From the IMG/VR virus record IMGVR_UViG_3300025066_002456, positions 1 through 55,189 of that record: DNA of 55,189 nt. One strand, 5' to 3'. This document shows, piece after piece, positions 54,927-55,189 of the stretch; the stretch's first letter is position 1, and the number at the start of each line of letters is the position of its first letter. The stretch comes from a virus (Duplodnaviria; Caudoviricetes). A model generated the notes under the pieces. That model ran no database searches. It had not been told where the DNA came from and worked only from the letters and a program-made list of their open reading frames with translations. Made by a program: the position numbers and the translations under genes.

Positions 54927-55189
54927 TTAATTAATGTTGTTTTTATTGCCAGAAAAGTAAATCTCTTTTAAATCTTGCAAGAGATCTCCGTCATCATCTA
55001 GCCGGCCCATAATATAGGTACACATATCATCACAGTCATCAAAATTATGAATTTTTTGACTATCATAAACTGCGAATCGATTTAATTTCTCTAAGACATC
55101 AACCTTATTTAACACAAGATGCGTAATGCCATTAATATTAATAGATTTAATTAAACGATTAACGTCCAACCAATCACATTGTCTGGGCC
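54927..55189 (-). CDS. purA: Adenylosuccinate synthetase, C-terminal part (5' end outside the window)
   Basis: The frame is open to the right edge: PRQCDWLDVNRLIKSININGITHLVLNKVDVL, matching PurA GRxRRCGWLD...NG...L.LTKLDVL. Confidence 0.85.
   Translation of the reverse strand, partial: PRQCDWLDVNRLIKSININGITHLVLNKVDVLEKLNRFAVYDSQKIHNFDDCDDMCTYIMGRLDDDGDLLQDLKEIYFSGNKNNIN

Noticed and set aside
1-55189. Alternative genetic code (stop-codon recoding), as in some jumbo phages
   Set aside because: Multi-kb ORFs are intact in code 11, and TAG, TGA and TAA all terminate genes immediately before the next start

Overview
This window is most consistent with a fragment of a large (jumbo-type) myovirus-like bacteriophage genome. 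It is densely coding, almost entirely on the minus strand, uses the standard genetic code (TAA, TAG and TGA all end credible genes), and many starts have Shine-Dalgarno sites. Read in the direction of transcription (right to left) it contains four blocks. (1) An RNA/nucleotide block: the 3' end of purA, tRNA-Lys(CTT), a GIY-YIG endonuclease, a TrmH methyltransferase, the only plus-strand gene (a secreted trypsin-like protease), PIN-PhoH, a zincin and a Cas4-like nuclease. (2) A ~14 kb glycan cluster: about 7 glycosyltransferases, a split transketolase, an SDR, an RfbH 3-dehydrase, RmlB, a B12 radical SAM enzyme and Fcl. (3) A small regulatory block with an FmdB zinc ribbon and a sigma factor. 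(4) A ~33 kb baseplate/tail module: an M15-peptidase hub-like protein, an HxH spike-like protein, a 3297-aa giant, gp25, gp6, and DNRLRE, LamG/MAM and other large proteins. The best candidate for a new system is a phage-encoded pathway for a branched 3,6-dideoxy sugar plus many glycosyltransferases, next to tail proteins selectively enriched in [S/T]-G-S tripeptides that could be glycosylation sites. All product calls come from motif recognition by eye; no database searches were run.
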